Source: Spizellomyces punctatus DAOM BR117 (lineage: Eukaryota). From it: 64,000 nucleotides of DNA. Below are positions 14,901 to 28,216 of the stretch, piece after piece (positions within the stretch are counted from its first letter, which is position 1; every line of letters begins with the position of its first letter). Below the pieces are notes generated by a model, which saw only the letters and a list, made by a program, of their open reading frames with translations, did not search any database and was not told where the DNA came from. A program made the position numbers and the translations under genes. The DNA lies in the NCBI GenBank assembly GCA_000182565.2, contig KQ257454.1, one strand, 5' to 3'.

Positions 14901-16899
14901 GAGCGGAATGCTTACAACTTCTTTTAGAATATGCACTCCATCCCAGTACGTGGTCAAGTTGTGTTCGGTGATATGACGATTCACTGACTCGTTCACATTC
15001 CTGGTACAGCGAGATTGACCCGTTCCACAGCTATTGTAATGTGTAAACGATTCTTTACTGACCATCGCACGATCGGCCCAAAAGTTGAGGAATTTGCGCT
15101 GGAAGCCATTCGAGCTCTTTTGGGTCCACCTCAAGTTGGCATTGTGCATACAGAATCAACTGAAAGTGATGCCAATGGTGTTGAAGAAGACAAAGGCGGT
15201 GAAGATGATGATATGGACGTTAAAGAAGAGAAGGATGGGGTTCAGGATGCCGAAAGGCGTACATCGAATGGAGATATCACCCCAGATGATTGGAAAGAAG
15301 ACGATGTTGTTAGACGACTAGAGCTCTATTTTGCACTTTGCAGCAAAAAGCATGAGCTGCTGCTGGAGTTGTTTAAGCTGTACAAGGACTTCCACATCTC
15401 TGTCCAGCGTGCAGTGCGAAAAAATATCCCGCCGCTTATCAAAGCACTTTCTGCACAACCAGCGCGTTTGCTACCCATCATTAACGCATTCCCAGAAGGG
15501 TCCGACTGGCTCGTTTTACGAATGGTGACTACCATGACCGAAAAACATCCGCCTTCACCTCAACTCGTCACTGCAGTTTGGAATGTCTTTGCTCAAAAGA
15601 ATCTGGATGCACGATTCCTTATACCCATATTGTCAGGACTTGGGAGGGTATGCATTTCTTTGTCCTTTTTTGCATTATTTTTCTCATATTTGTTCCCCCT
15701 ATGCTCTAGCCCAAAATTTTGCTATATCTGCCTCGGATAGTACAGCTTCTCGACGGAAGTGAAAAACAACGGGCTTTGGTAAAGGACGCTTTCTTGCGGC
15801 TTGTCGATAGTCCAAGCCTGCAAAATGCTGCCGCTGCATCAGCAGGAACAGGTGCAGGCCCAGCGGTAAGTACAAATGGCGGCGACCGAGCGGCTCAACC
15901 AGGTGGAGGGGGCGCAGGGCCACCTCTCACACCTTCCGAGTTGCTTGTTGCTTTACATAACATGGAGGAAACCGTGGGACTCAAAAGGGCGGTCGAAGGT
16001 GCGTGACCCCTAAATTTGCAACACCAATCCATAGCCCGTGCGCTGTCGAGTAGGCTTGGATTTAATATCTTTCTTCATTAGCCACTACCATCTGCTTCAC
16101 ATGCCAGAACGTCTTCAAGGGAGAGGTGCTTGCAGTTGTGTTGCAGCAACTGGTGGACCAGTCGAAGCTTCCCACGCTCTTCATGCGCACTGTTATACAA
16201 AGCGTCAATCAGTATCCTGCACTAGTGAATTTTGTCACTAGTATCCTTTTGAAACTGATCAACAAGAAAGTGTGGAGTGCTCCGAAGCTGTGGGAGGGAT
16301 TTATACGTTGCTGTACGGTGAGTACTGGCTTTTTGCATTTGTTTGTTTGGAAAATGGTGAGAATCCCGGCGCCCTTGAACGAGCTGGTGCCACGGGGGAC
16401 AGGTACTGTGGGCGGAGAGGTTGTTTCCTATCAAATGTATGCAGTCAGAATACATCATGAACGCCAAAGCAATGCTTGGTTGGTTCAAATTCATTGCAAA
16501 TGGATCCTATTGTTGAGACGAAGTTTGGCCTGGAGGACATTGTGGTGACACAAACTCACGTGGCTATAGCTTGAATCACGTGGGTATATGGATTAGCCAC
16601 TCATGTTTTCCTTCCTACTTTTGTGGTAGATTATCTTTCCGGCATCCATCCAAGTACTACAAAGCCTACCACGACCGCATGTAGCAGATGCCTTGAAACG
16701 ATCTCCAAAATTGAAAGCAGCATTGCAAGCTCATATTGCGCAATTAGAGCCAGAACAAAAGGCGAGGAGGGAAATACAGATATTTGTGTCGCTGGTAGAG
16801 AGTGGGGCACCAGATGAGATGGAGCAAGTGGGCACAGAGCATGAACCTAAACAAGAAGTGGTGGAGGTAAAAGAGGAGGGGAATGATGAGAAACGATGA
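11958..16899 (+). CDS. SYMPK: Symplekin/Pta1 cleavage-polyadenylation scaffold, multi-exon
   Basis: HEAT-like N-terminus ([12 protein letters not shown]). C-terminal symplekin motifs [59 protein letters not shown]. Confidence 0.9.
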
Positions 16900-17322
16900 C
16901 ATTGACGCAAGGGACTCCGCTTTGCATGTACATTTTAAACGCAAGAGCATACTGTAGCGTCAGTAAATAATATTCGCTGTCAACCTTTCTGAATATAGGA
17001 ATAATCTGAGTATAGATGAGACCATCCACAGGAACGGCATGCTATTGGAAAATGGACATCAAGGACAGTCCATGGTGTATCCTAGATTTCATTTACCCTA
17101 ATTTGAGACTAATGTGGCACAGCAGGTTGAGATCTGCAAGAGAGAAGGACTTGGGTGGGTTGGCCTTTGCTTTGACAGTGAGATTTAACTGGACTCCGGG
17201 CTTCTGTGCATTTCGTCCGGCGTATCTTGAGAACGTTGTCGGCGACTGTTGTTCCAGCTAGAATTGTCGTGGGTGACGCCGTCACACTGGTACCGAAAGT
17301 TCAACCTTCATTCTTGACAGAA

Positions 17323-18363
<1,041 letters not shown>

Positions 18364-18773
18364 ATGTTGTCCACATCCAACCTAGGTTACTATCAACAGC
18401 TGGCTACAATGGCAGTCTATTAGATCGTCTTTTTTTTTTTTCTTTGCCTCGGGACCATATCCGAAAATTGCAACACAATGCATATGGTTTTGTAGCAATG
18501 AGACGCCAAACGCGAGTAACTCATCATACCATCATGATTGTATTTCATCGGAACGTTCTTTTCATAACACAAAATGCCCCGAATGAAAAAAATAAAATAT
18601 AAACGACCAGTCATATTTCAATCTCGCAGTTTTCAAGTCACTTCTAGTCATCTAACTGGCACAATCACCATGCCATTAGCCCACATGGCTTCTTACCATA
18701 AAAGGAAAGTGTGTGGAAGCTCAAAGAAGCAATACCTGCGCCACATGCAAAAAAAAGCGCAGTCGCCCTCGCC

Positions 18774-18780
18774 TATAAAA
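18774..18780 (+). promoter_or_regulatory. TATA box of the U4 snRNA gene
   Basis: TATAAAA about 35-40 bp upstream of the U4 5' end. Confidence 0.6.
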
Positions 18781-18814
18781 GAGCGCGTTTCCCCATCCCC
18801 CCCGCTTCTTCTTT

Positions 18815-18937
18815 ATCCTTGCACAGGGGCAATACCTTCAGCAGTGAAGTCTCGACTGAGCTAAGGTTATTGACTAATTGAAAACTTACCAATTACCCGT
18901 GGTGGGGCCACTGGCCACACCCAATTTTTGGCACCCT
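18815..18937 (+). ncRNA. U4: U4 spliceosomal snRNA
   Basis: The 5' ATCCTTGCACAGGGGC is complementary to the U6 stem II region. It is followed by a kink-turn 5' stem-loop (CCTTCAGCAGTGAAGTC-TC-GACTGAGCTAAGG), CTAATTGAAAAC, a 3' hairpin and the Sm site AATTTTTGG at 18923-18931. Confidence 0.9.
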
Positions 18938-19273
18938 CTCACTATGAGAATTTATATTTAAAGGAAGAAATTCGTATTGGAAGTTCTTAATGTCCATGGC
19001 ATATGGGAAATAATATTGGATGGGATATGGCTGCATTGGAATCAGCGGCAGGTCGGATCCAGTGGCATAGCACGTGATACGCAAGCTTCCAGAATGCGCA
19101 GTAGTTGCAAGTGGTTCCGCTTGACGGCCACTCCACACCAGACTCTGTGCTCAACGAAAAGCATCCTCTTCTTTTCATCCTGCAGGTAATTGCGTTTCCG
19201 CAAAAGACTTGTAAAACTCTTAATAGGCCACGCTTGGCTCACACTTTCTTGTCAGCGCGCATCTACCTAAACC

Positions 19274-20525
19274 ATGAACGGCAACGGAAATCACAGCCAA
19301 GAGGTATATAGTTGAACTCGACTTTGCAGGAAAGCTTTAGACGTTGCATTGACTTTTGATGGCTATCTGTCGCATCTCTCACCTGTCTCTAGCGCTATCT
19401 TATCTTTGGTGCGAACGGATGGATCGCAGGATTGTTGAAGGAGCTGTTGGAGAAGCAAGGCAAGGAGGTGAAGGGCACCCTTGTCAGACTGGAAGAGAGA
19501 GAGGCGGTCTGCAAGTGAGTTGGTGTGCAGCAAAGGGCCAAGAGAATGCTTGGGCGCTGACAATGTAATGTCCTGTGATTCGCAGAGAACTGGACGCCTA
19601 CAAGCCAACGCGCGTCTTCAACTGCGCGGGAGTAACAGGTCGACCAAACGTCGATTGGTGCGAAGACAATAAGCAGGCCACTATTCGTAGCAATGTGATT
19701 GGAACGCTCAATCTCGCGGATTGCTGTTTCCTGAGAGGAATCCACATGACAAACTTTGCGACCGGTGAGAAAAAGCGACACGTTTGGGTCAGATGTTCGT
19801 TATCTTGACCCTCTCTACCTTAGGATGTATTTACACCTACGATGAAAAGCACAAGGAACACGGTGTCGGATACACCGAAGAAGACGAACCCAACTTTGCT
19901 GGATCTTACTACAGCTTCACCAAGGCTATGGTGGAGAAGGTAAGGAATGATCTTTCTATAGTGTTACGCGAGCTGTTCTGACGCTATTTATCGGCTTTTC
20001 AGATGATCAAGGCCTACGATAATGTCTTGACACTTCGGCTTCGTATGCCCGTATCAGATGACCTGAATCCTAGAAACTTTGTCACCAAGATTACAAAGTA
20101 AGTTATTCCCATGGTCACATACCTTTGGTATACTTCCTAAGGACTCATCAATGTCAATGAATAGGTACGAGCGAGTAGTGGACGTTCCCAACTCCAACAC
20201 TATCCTCCACGATCTCCTTCCCGCGTCGATTGTAATGGCGGAAAATAAATTGACCGGTGTCTTCAACTTCACGAACCCAGGTGCCATTTCGCACAACGAA
20301 GTGCTTGCGCTCTACAAGAAGCATGTAGACCCCAACTTCACGTGGAAGAATTTCACAGTGGAAGAGCAGAGCAAGATCCTCAAGGCGGGCAGAAGTAACT
20401 GCGAATTGGACACAACCAAGTTGACAACTACGTTGGCAAAGTTTGGTATTACGGTTCCTGAGATTCACGAAGCGTACGATGCATGCTTCCAGCGCATGGC
20501 GGCGAACTTGAAAGCTGCTAAATAG
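19274..20525 (+). CDS. NDP-4-keto-6-deoxyglucose 3,5-epimerase/4-reductase (rhamnose synthesis, UER1/NRS-ER type)
   Basis: YLIFGANGWIAG, FNCAGVTGRPNVDWCE, TNFATGCIY, PNFAGSYYSFTKAMVE, LRLRMP, FNFTNPGAISHNE, AGRSNCELD. Confidence 0.92.
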
Positions 20526-20717
20526 TTTGATAAGGCGTGCTGCAAAGGATGAGTAGGGTTATGTCAAGTAGACGAAACCAGGGATCCTGCAATGTTATTT
20601 TCGTAGATAGGAACGCTCTTAACTTTGTACTTGTTTCTTAATGAAAGAGTGAGGACGCATCAGCAGATTCAATGGACGAAAATTGATACAAATGTTCTAC
20701 CAACTCCCTACTCTAGC

Positions 20718-22103
20718 CTAGAATCCCTTGTTTGCTAGCATAGTAGCAATTTCAAGATACAACTCAATGGCGTTGAATTTGCTCTCTTCGATCTGATCCT
20801 TTAGTTCTTCCTTCTTCGCTTGAGTGTGCTCTACCAGATCTTTTCCAATCTCTTTGGCTTTCTTCTGGAGTTGAGTATGTGCCTTTCGCACGTCCTGACC
20901 TTTGACCTCTGTGCCTTGCTTTAGAGCCTCTTCAACCTTCTCGACGGCATCCAAATTCTTTACCACCGTTTCCCATCTCCAAGTATTCAGCAGATTAATC
21001 AAATCAATGTGGTCCGCTTTCAATGTTTTAATGTACTCTCCCCATTGCGCGGACTTTACACTCACCAAACCGTCATTGATGCCCTCTACTGCCATGAGGT
21101 ATTCGAATGTGAATCTAAGAGGATAAACGAATGGCTTTTGGTAAATGCTTTCCGTTCCGTCGGCTCCGTAAGAAAAGTAGGCAACGCTGGGATCATTAGG
21201 TGTGGCAGGGTTGAACGTGTTGTTGACATACGAAGGTGTAAGATCTATGAAAGCGCGAATGTCGAGACTCGTGGATCGGTATAACGTTGATATCAGAGGT
21301 TCGAGGAGACTAGATATGAATGGGAGTGAAGCAATGGACGACCCATGGTGAGGTGTGCCTATTGTAGTCAGCGACTTGCGGCACCACACTATCATAAGTC
21401 CATATTCTTTAATGCACGGAAGAGACGGTGTTCATCCTTACGCTGACGTTAAACTTGGGCCGGGAGTGGTCCGCCTTGAGGAGCTGGCTAATCATATATC
21501 GACAATCCAGTCCGCCCTGCAGGTAACGCCGTAATGAGACGTTCGCTCCCAGTTTTGTCTTACAACCCACACCTGAAACGCACCATGGAGTGGGCAACTA
21601 AATTCACAGTGTTCCCTTCCGGCACTTTCGCTTCCAACACCTCTTTCAAGACTCTCGCTCTGACGCTGACATCTGCAGCTCTCGGTACCCGTGTTATTAA
21701 CACATCACATCCAATCGTTGACAACGCCTCCTTTATTCCGCGCCAGTAGTGAAGACGAAGGAATGTCGGGCCTAGACTGGCAAAGGGTTAATATTTCGAA
21801 CGCTTGGTGTCGAACAGGAGGAGTCGCGACTTACCCATCATGTCAAAGCCAAGTAGACCTGAAATGCAAAGAACAATTTAACATGGAATGTGTCGAGCAT
21901 GATCGGCTGCCACCATACATGCCATGACATAGAACTATTGTATTTCTGGGCGCTTTGTACTTGTGCCAGGGGACGACCTTCTGCCGTGGATCGTCATGGA
22001 CGTCTTTGCAAACTCTTGCCGATGCATGGAGATAACAGATATGGTGCCCAAAAGGAGCCTTCTTGGGATATCCACTAACTTGAAGCAGGCGAAAGGACGC
22101 CAT
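20718..22103 (-). CDS. Triacylglycerol lipase (Tgl2-like alpha/beta hydrolase), multi-exon
   Basis: IVLCHG, HYWRGI, NLVAHSM|GGLD nucleophile elbow split by an intron, TIGTPHHGS, NDGLVSVKSAQWG, DH. Confidence 0.88.
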
Positions 22104-22888
22104 TTCTTTGTGGGCGAGATGTGTGTGGGAAGCGATCTGTCGGTTTACTGTGACGTCGCATGATCAGGTAATCAAAACGATCGCGTCTCAGTTTTCGTTT
22201 ACCATCTTCTTTTACACAACTGTAGGCTGAAGCGACTCTATAACGGGGCTTTGTGTGAATCGACCTGTCGGTTAGGTTAATTGACGTGGACGACAGGGTC
22301 ACCTTGCCCGATGTGCCATCGACCTATATCTATTCCATCATGCGGACAAATGTGTCTCACAAGCAAGGGTTTGAATGCTCTCCCTTCCCCAACATTCACA
22401 TCAAGATATAGAGCTTTGACAACCAGATTTCTTTGAAGCCCGTTTGCCAGGATTTCACCGTTTCATTACTTGTGTTGTTCTTGTACACGGGTCAAGTAGC
22501 GAGGATCGATCCAACTCAAACTGCTCACAAAGCAGCGATTAGGCTAACACACAAATAGTATCGATTGTTTTGCTAGGTAATACGACCAAGTTTTGGACGT
22601 GCCCATCATTCCTTGTCCTATTAGTCCTGGTAGCATCACCTAATGTTTGTACCTTACTACAGTAGCGCAGGCGGGGCAGGTCCAAAGCCAATATCACCTA
22701 GCATTTCAGACTCACTACGCTGCAGAGTACAGAACATGGCTAAATTGACCCACTTCATTCATCTGCGAGGAATTCTACATAAGGCCTATGTAGCCGTCAA
22801 ATGAAAAGACCTCTTGGCTCTTTCTATTTGTACTGTATTTGTAACAATGATAGATAAGTAAATGTTGGAGAATGCTTACATGTGTGGT

Positions 22889-24688
22889 TTACAACTCGTC
22901 TACCGCCTGTGCCACACCACTTGTCTCAAAAGCCTTAACCAGCGCCCGGTGCCTCGCCTCGACGGGCACTACACCCAGTTCTGAAGCCTCCCTCGCCAGC
23001 TTTGTCACAAGCTCCTTATCCACTTCATTGCCCTCTTCTAATACTCCCAACCCTTTGAAGAGAGCGTCAAATGTTGCAGCATCTGGCTTCAAACCGTTTT
23101 CCTTCAACGTGTCATATACATTTAACGCTCCTTTCTGATCCCCCTTGATTGCGAATGCATTGATCAAAGCCGTATGTGCGCCTGTCTGGGGTTTGTGTCC
23201 AGTCGCTTGCATCGCCTCCAACGCCTTTTCCGCCCCTGCCACATCGCCGTTCAGAGCATGCGCTGCAATGGCAAATACATGGGCACCTGTTGACGTCGCA
23301 AAAGGTAAATCTTTTCCGTGAAGGTTATATAGCGCTAATGCCGTGGCGGGCTGGGGATGTTCAACTCTGTGTACTAGAGTCTCCATCAATCTGGCAATAA
23401 GGGGCGGTTGGGCGGATGCACGGATATCAGCCAGTTTCAACATATCGCAGATATATGCAGGTGCGTTGCCCACAAGGTCAGATGCAAGGGGGACGAGGAC
23501 GTTGGGTGACACATATGTGGCATGTCTTCGCAAGAGCTCTCCGAGCTTACGCCATCCCAAATCTGCCTGCCCGTTCGTTGTATAAGCCTCAATGAGCGCG
23601 CCGTACATGGCAAAAGTAGGGGTGAAATTTTCGACGAGTTCCTTTTTGTAAAAGAATTTGCTTGCGCCAGCAACATCTTTTGCTTTTCCATGCACTTGAA
23701 TCAGATAGGTGTACGTTTCCGGTGAGGCCTCAACACCTGCCTCTCGCATTTTGCGATAGAACGCAACGGCGTCGCCAACATTGCCCTTGACAGCGTGAGC
23801 ACGGATCATAGCAGTGTATGCTGCGGTTCCCTTTCTGAGGTTGCGTTTCTCGATCTCGTTAAAGTACTTGGTGGCAGACGATATACGTCCTCGCTTGGCG
23901 AATGCATCAATCAGACAACTGATCACCCGTTCTGTTGGTGGAATCTCGGCAGCGAGCATTCTCTCGTACGTAGCCACAGCTTCGACGGGGGTACCATAGT
24001 GTGCTTGTCCTCGAATCACAGATGCAAAATTCTCAGGCGATGGTTTCATGCCCTTCTCAGTCATACGGTGAAGAAGGCGGGCAGCTGCCTCCGGTCGCTC
24101 CCGCAGCGCAAGAACGTCAACAAGTGCATCGTAAATCTTACGTACATCTTCTCCAAGATCCGCGGCCAAGGCTGTTCTTGCGTATCGAACAGCTGCCGAC
24201 ACATCCCCTTTGAGCCCAAGAACCTTCACCATTGCCGCCTCGGTCTCAGCCGTGATCGCCACTCCTGCCTTTGTTAGCTCCGTGTGAATCTCATACGCCT
24301 TTTCTACACCGCGATATCTTTGAAACTTGGTGGTGTGTATGCCGATAGTGCGGATCAGACCAGCAAAGTCTTGGGGTTGAAGCTCACGCAGAACTCCGCG
24401 CTCACGGCAGGCCTCATAGGCATTGACCACCGCGTACGTTCTCTGAAGAGCAATTGCGTTTTGCAGCACTATGACAGGGTTGGCTTCGGTGTTTTTGAGA
24501 TCAGTGGGCTGTGCAACGGTGCTCGTCTCCTTTGGTCGTCGAGCACGGACGACACGACGGACGGAGGTGGTAACAGGGCGGGCATGGAGGGAGTGAGGGC
24601 GACTTTCAGAGATTGTAGCTAGGACTGAGAATGCTGGTCGTGCTCTAATGAGCAGCAGGCCTCGCTGGGCGGACCGTAGGAAAGACAT
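22889..24688 (-). CDS. Mitochondrial pentatricopeptide-repeat (PPR) protein, single exon
   Basis: Repeated 35-aa PPR-like units (YTAMIRAHAVKGNVGDAVAFYRKMREAGV; HTALINAFAIKGDQKGALNVYDTLKENGLKPD) and an Arg-rich presequence. Confidence 0.9.
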   Translation of the reverse strand: MSFLRSAQRGLLLIRARPAFSVLATISESRPHSLHARPVTTSVRRVVRARRPKETSTVAQPTDLKNTEANPVIVLQNAIALQRTYAVVNAYEACRERGVLRELQPQDFAGLIRTIGIHTTKFQRYRGVEKAYEIHTELTKAGVAITAETEAAMVKVLGLKGDVSAAVRYARTALAADLGEDVRKIYDALVDVLALRERPEAAARLLHRMTEKGMKPSPENFASVIRGQAHYGTPVEAVATYERMLAAEIPPTERVISCLIDAFAKRGRISSATKYFNEIEKRNLRKGTAAYTAMIRAHAVKGNVGDAVAFYRKMREAGVEASPETYTYLIQVHGKAKDVAGASKFFYKKELVENFTPTFAMYGALIEAYTTNGQADLGWRKLGELLRRHATYVSPNVLVPLASDLVGNAPAYICDMLKLADIRASAQPPLIARLMETLVHRVEHPQPATALALYNLHGKDLPFATSTGAHVFAIAAHALNGDVAGAEKALEAMQATGHKPQTGAHTALINAFAIKGDQKGALNVYDTLKENGLKPDAATFDALFKGLGVLEEGNEVDKELVTKLAREASELGVVPVEARHRALVKAFETSGVAQAVDEL

Positions 24689-25140
24689 GAATGGTTTTCA
24701 GGGACTGGGAGAGATCACCAGCAAGCTCAACTGTTGACTGGCCTAGCAACGACTTGGTCGTTGTCAAGGAAGCTTCCAGATGGCACAGTCATATAATTGG
24801 CATCATGCGTGAGGTTGAACATCAAGTGAACGAAGTCTCGGTCGATATACTCCCGGAAGAAAGAATGCATTGGAGAGGTTGAACCTTGGAGTTTATGAAT
24901 GTCTTGACGAAGAGATGGCGGATGACACCTTGACGCCTGCTCGGGGGCGAATCACAGAATGCAGCTTCCTGATTGAGTATTTTACGTGTATTCAACTTCT
25001 AAAAGGTTGAAGGGACTACGAGGGTTCCGGCCATTAGATGACAATCGATGCATCAGAACGGCCTCGGGCTCCAACGACAATCTCTACTTCCCTCCATCTG
25101 TAATCAGTAGTGACGTTGCGCAAGCGAATGCGATGCTGGT

Positions 25141-25167
25141 ATGACTCATTGCACGTGATGATGCAAA
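25141..25167 (+). promoter_or_regulatory. Clustered ATGACTCAT, CACGTG and TGATGCAAA sites upstream of eIF2B-delta
   Basis: Three recognisable bZIP/bHLH consensus sites within 27 bp, 60-90 bp before the ATG at 25228. Confidence 0.45.
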
Positions 25168-25227
25168 TTCCTGGCCGAACATAATGGGTTTAATCCCAAG
25201 ATCATTTGCGGCGACGGCTTCTTCGTC

Positions 25228-27455
25228 ATGGCATCGAAAGATAAAGAGCCCATTCGGAATACGGATGCCCCTCCGCGCTCCGTCGTGGTCGGGTTCGATG
25301 CCCCCTCACCATCGCGATCTGTACGTAGAGTTCTGCGGTTATATCTGGCTGGAGTTTGTTGGGAGTTTTAATATCGCTTTACAGGTCGAGCCCTCACGGA
25401 GACCGTCAAAGGCAGATGCTGCAGGAATAGGCAAACCAAGGTTAGCGCGCAGACTGAACTGAGGAGCGAGCTTATCACCTTAGTAATACCTGCATTATTA
25501 AGTCGGACATCCTCTGCCAATGACGCTGAACTGTCTGCGGAGCTGGCGAAAAAAGGGGGAGAAGGGAGCCAAAACCCAGCGAAAAAGTCACAGAAGGAAA
25601 TGACGAAAGCTGAGAGGAGGGAGTTGCAGGTGTGTCTTGCGCTGATTAAGACATGGGACGTTGCTCTTGTGCAGACGACATGGATTATTTGTTGTAGGAA
25701 CGTCAAAGAGCGGAAAAGAAAGCGCGGGAGGCGGCTGGTATACCGAAACGACTGCCGAAACCGAAACAAGGCGGTGGAACGCCTGGTCAGACAGCAGCAG
25801 CAGGGTTTGCTGCACATAACGCACAGAATTCGCAGCCCGATATGAAGCAGCCATCCCCAAATGCAGCAGTATTACGAGTTGCTTCATCTATGCGGCTTGA
25901 TGATCCCCGCAAACGTTCAAAAGCCCAAAAGCAGCAACCTGTAAACCGTCAGATTGCGCGCAAGCCTGTTGGTCTGTTCTCCCATCTTCCACAATACGAA
26001 AAGCATGATAACATGCAAGCACGATTGAAGAAGCAGGAAAATATCCACCCTGCGGTTTTAACATTAGGATTAAGATTTGCAGAATTTGTAATTGCAGGCG
26101 GGAATGCACGATGCATGGCCATGCTCCAGGCTTTTAAAAAGGTATTATCATACTGGTTTGCATCTATATCTCCTCATGGCAATATTAATCCCTGTGAAGG
26201 TCATATCTGATTATGTGACTCCTGTTGGAATGTCTCTTCCACGACACCTACCCTCTGTTATTAGCAAGCAAGTTGATTTCCTCAGCAACACACGTGTACT
26301 GGCAGCCAGTATGAAAACCGCCATCAGGGAACTGAAGAAGGAAATCTCGATATCATCCCCAGACACGCCTGATGAAGATGTAATGGCTCTATACTGCATA
26401 CGAAAGAGCGATGGTCTGACACTTTGCGGTTTCTAGGCCAAGACGTATTTGATTGGTAAAATCGATGAGTTCATCGTGGAAAGGATCATTACGGCAGGAC
26501 GGGCGATCGCAGAAGAGGCTTTAGAGCAAAAGAAAAGCATCAAAGACGGGGATGTCATTTTGACATTCGGAAGGCAAGTGGTCCATTTGATAGAGTGTTG
26601 ATATGAAACGCAGGAGCTACAATCTTACATGGATATCCACATTAGATCATCAGTGGTCCTGCAACTTCTGTTGGCTGCCCATGCCAGAGGAATTAATTTC
26701 AAGGTCATCGTTGCCGACGGACGGCCAAAGTTGGAAGGTTTGTTCATGGTCATTCCAGATGCGGTTTTGTCTGTCTTCTGATTATCCCCAATTACTTGCT
26801 ACTAGGAAAAGAAATATTAAAGTCGTTGGTTCACGCCGGAATTAGCTGTGCATACGTCTTCTGCACAGCGGTTCCCCTATTAATGAAGGAGGTCGGTCAA
26901 AGAATTGGGATGATGAAGCCATCCTCTACGCTTGTCATCTGATCTCATGTTGGTTCAGGTGACGAAAGTCATAATCGGTGCTAGTGCGGTGCTCGCAAAC
27001 GGGGCAGTTCTTTCACGGGTTGGGACGTCTGTGGTCTGCAATGCAGCCAAAGAACTGCAGGTTCCCGTCATTGTATTGTGTGAGAGTTACAAGTTCTCAG
27101 AAGAAGTGCGACTTGATTCCTTTACCTGGAATGAAATTGGTCTGTTACCTAGTTGTCTCTTGGTCCCTTCTTCTGTTGACTTAGATTTCCTACTACAGGT
27201 AACCCAGATGAACTGGTAGACGTTTCGAACCGAGCACCATCAGAACACGCCTTCAACGCATCTACAGGTGGCTTTCAATCCGATGAAGCAGGTGTCATCG
27301 GTTGCTGGCGATCCGTGGATAAGCTTAAACTCTTGAATCTCCACTACGATGTGACACCTGCACATTTTGTCACTGCCTTGATATGCGAACATGGAACTGT
27401 GCCAAGTACTTGTGCATTGACGATTGCCCGGCTTGCGGCCGAGAAGAGCGCATAA
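25228..27455 (+). CDS. GCD2: Translation initiation factor eIF2B delta subunit, multi-exon
   Basis: MTKAERRELQE, LFSHLPQY, IHPAVLTLG, GGNARCMAMLQAFKKVI, NGAVLSRVGT, VIVLCESYKFSE, LNLHYDVTP. Confidence 0.93.
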
Positions 27456-27598
27456 AAGAGTTATTGTTTTGCATGTACATGAGAGGGATGGGAGTGATTG
27501 GTCGGTTTTTTTGCACAGTGCCTAGGCAGGCGTTACAATACATAAACACTACACCACTAGACCATCATTCCATCCGCTGCACATTATGTCTATCTTGA

Positions 27599-27725
27599 AT
27601 CGAGCAATGATTTATTATTATGTGAGCTCCGGAGTCGTAAGGCGGACTACCACAAGTAGGGTTTCGACCTGATAATGGCAGCCCAAGGGCCTTATAAACT
27701 CCGTAAGAGAGCTGGCGTTCTCGAT
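27599..27725. other. Self-complementary multi-branch element (structured RNA or transposon-end candidate)
   Basis: Nested complementary segments ATCGAG/CTCGAT, AGCTC/GAGCT, CGGAGT/ACTCCG and GTAAGGC/GCCTTAT enclose the hairpins CTAC-cacaa-GTAG and GGT-TTCG-ACC. Confidence 0.4.
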
Positions 27726-28216
27726 ACTGGAAAGACAGATGCGAGCAGGTTTATTACCGTTGAACACCCGCTAAAAAGTTGATAGCTACAAGTAACTTGT
27801 ATGCCAGTGAAGGCAGTAGCGCTCCGCCATAGGCATTTACTGCATAGTCTGAGATGATGACATAGGACGATGAGATTTAAAAGTCCAGGATGGGCAGCTT
27901 GTCTATCGACCAAATAATAAGTGCTCATTGCCATGAAGCGAGAAAATAGAATAATGGGTAAAGGCTGCACCATTTATTGAAAATATATAGGGACTCAGTA
28001 CACCTCACCAAACCCTGTTGGATCTTTTCTTTCCTGCACGCTGTACCTAATATCGTCTGTCTAAGCACGCATACAAAGTAACACATCGACCTTGTCTCTC
28101 AGTCATTGATTTGGTTGCATTACGTCCCAACCGATGTCCCATGATAAACAAAATGCAACTCTCTCCCATAGGTTGGTTCTGCGTGAACCACAGTACCGCA
28201 CCTCAAGGTACCACAG

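Noticed and set aside
25285-25310. tRNA T-loop-like GGGTTCGATGCCC
   Set aside because: It lies in eIF2B-delta exon 1 (VVGFDAP) and no cloverleaf forms.
27660-27692. Partial resemblance to a TPP riboswitch 3' half or a hammerhead core (ACCTGATAATGGCAGC...AGGG)
   Set aside because: No UGAGA motif or P5 pairing strand, and no CUGAUGA/GAAA pair in the right arrangement.
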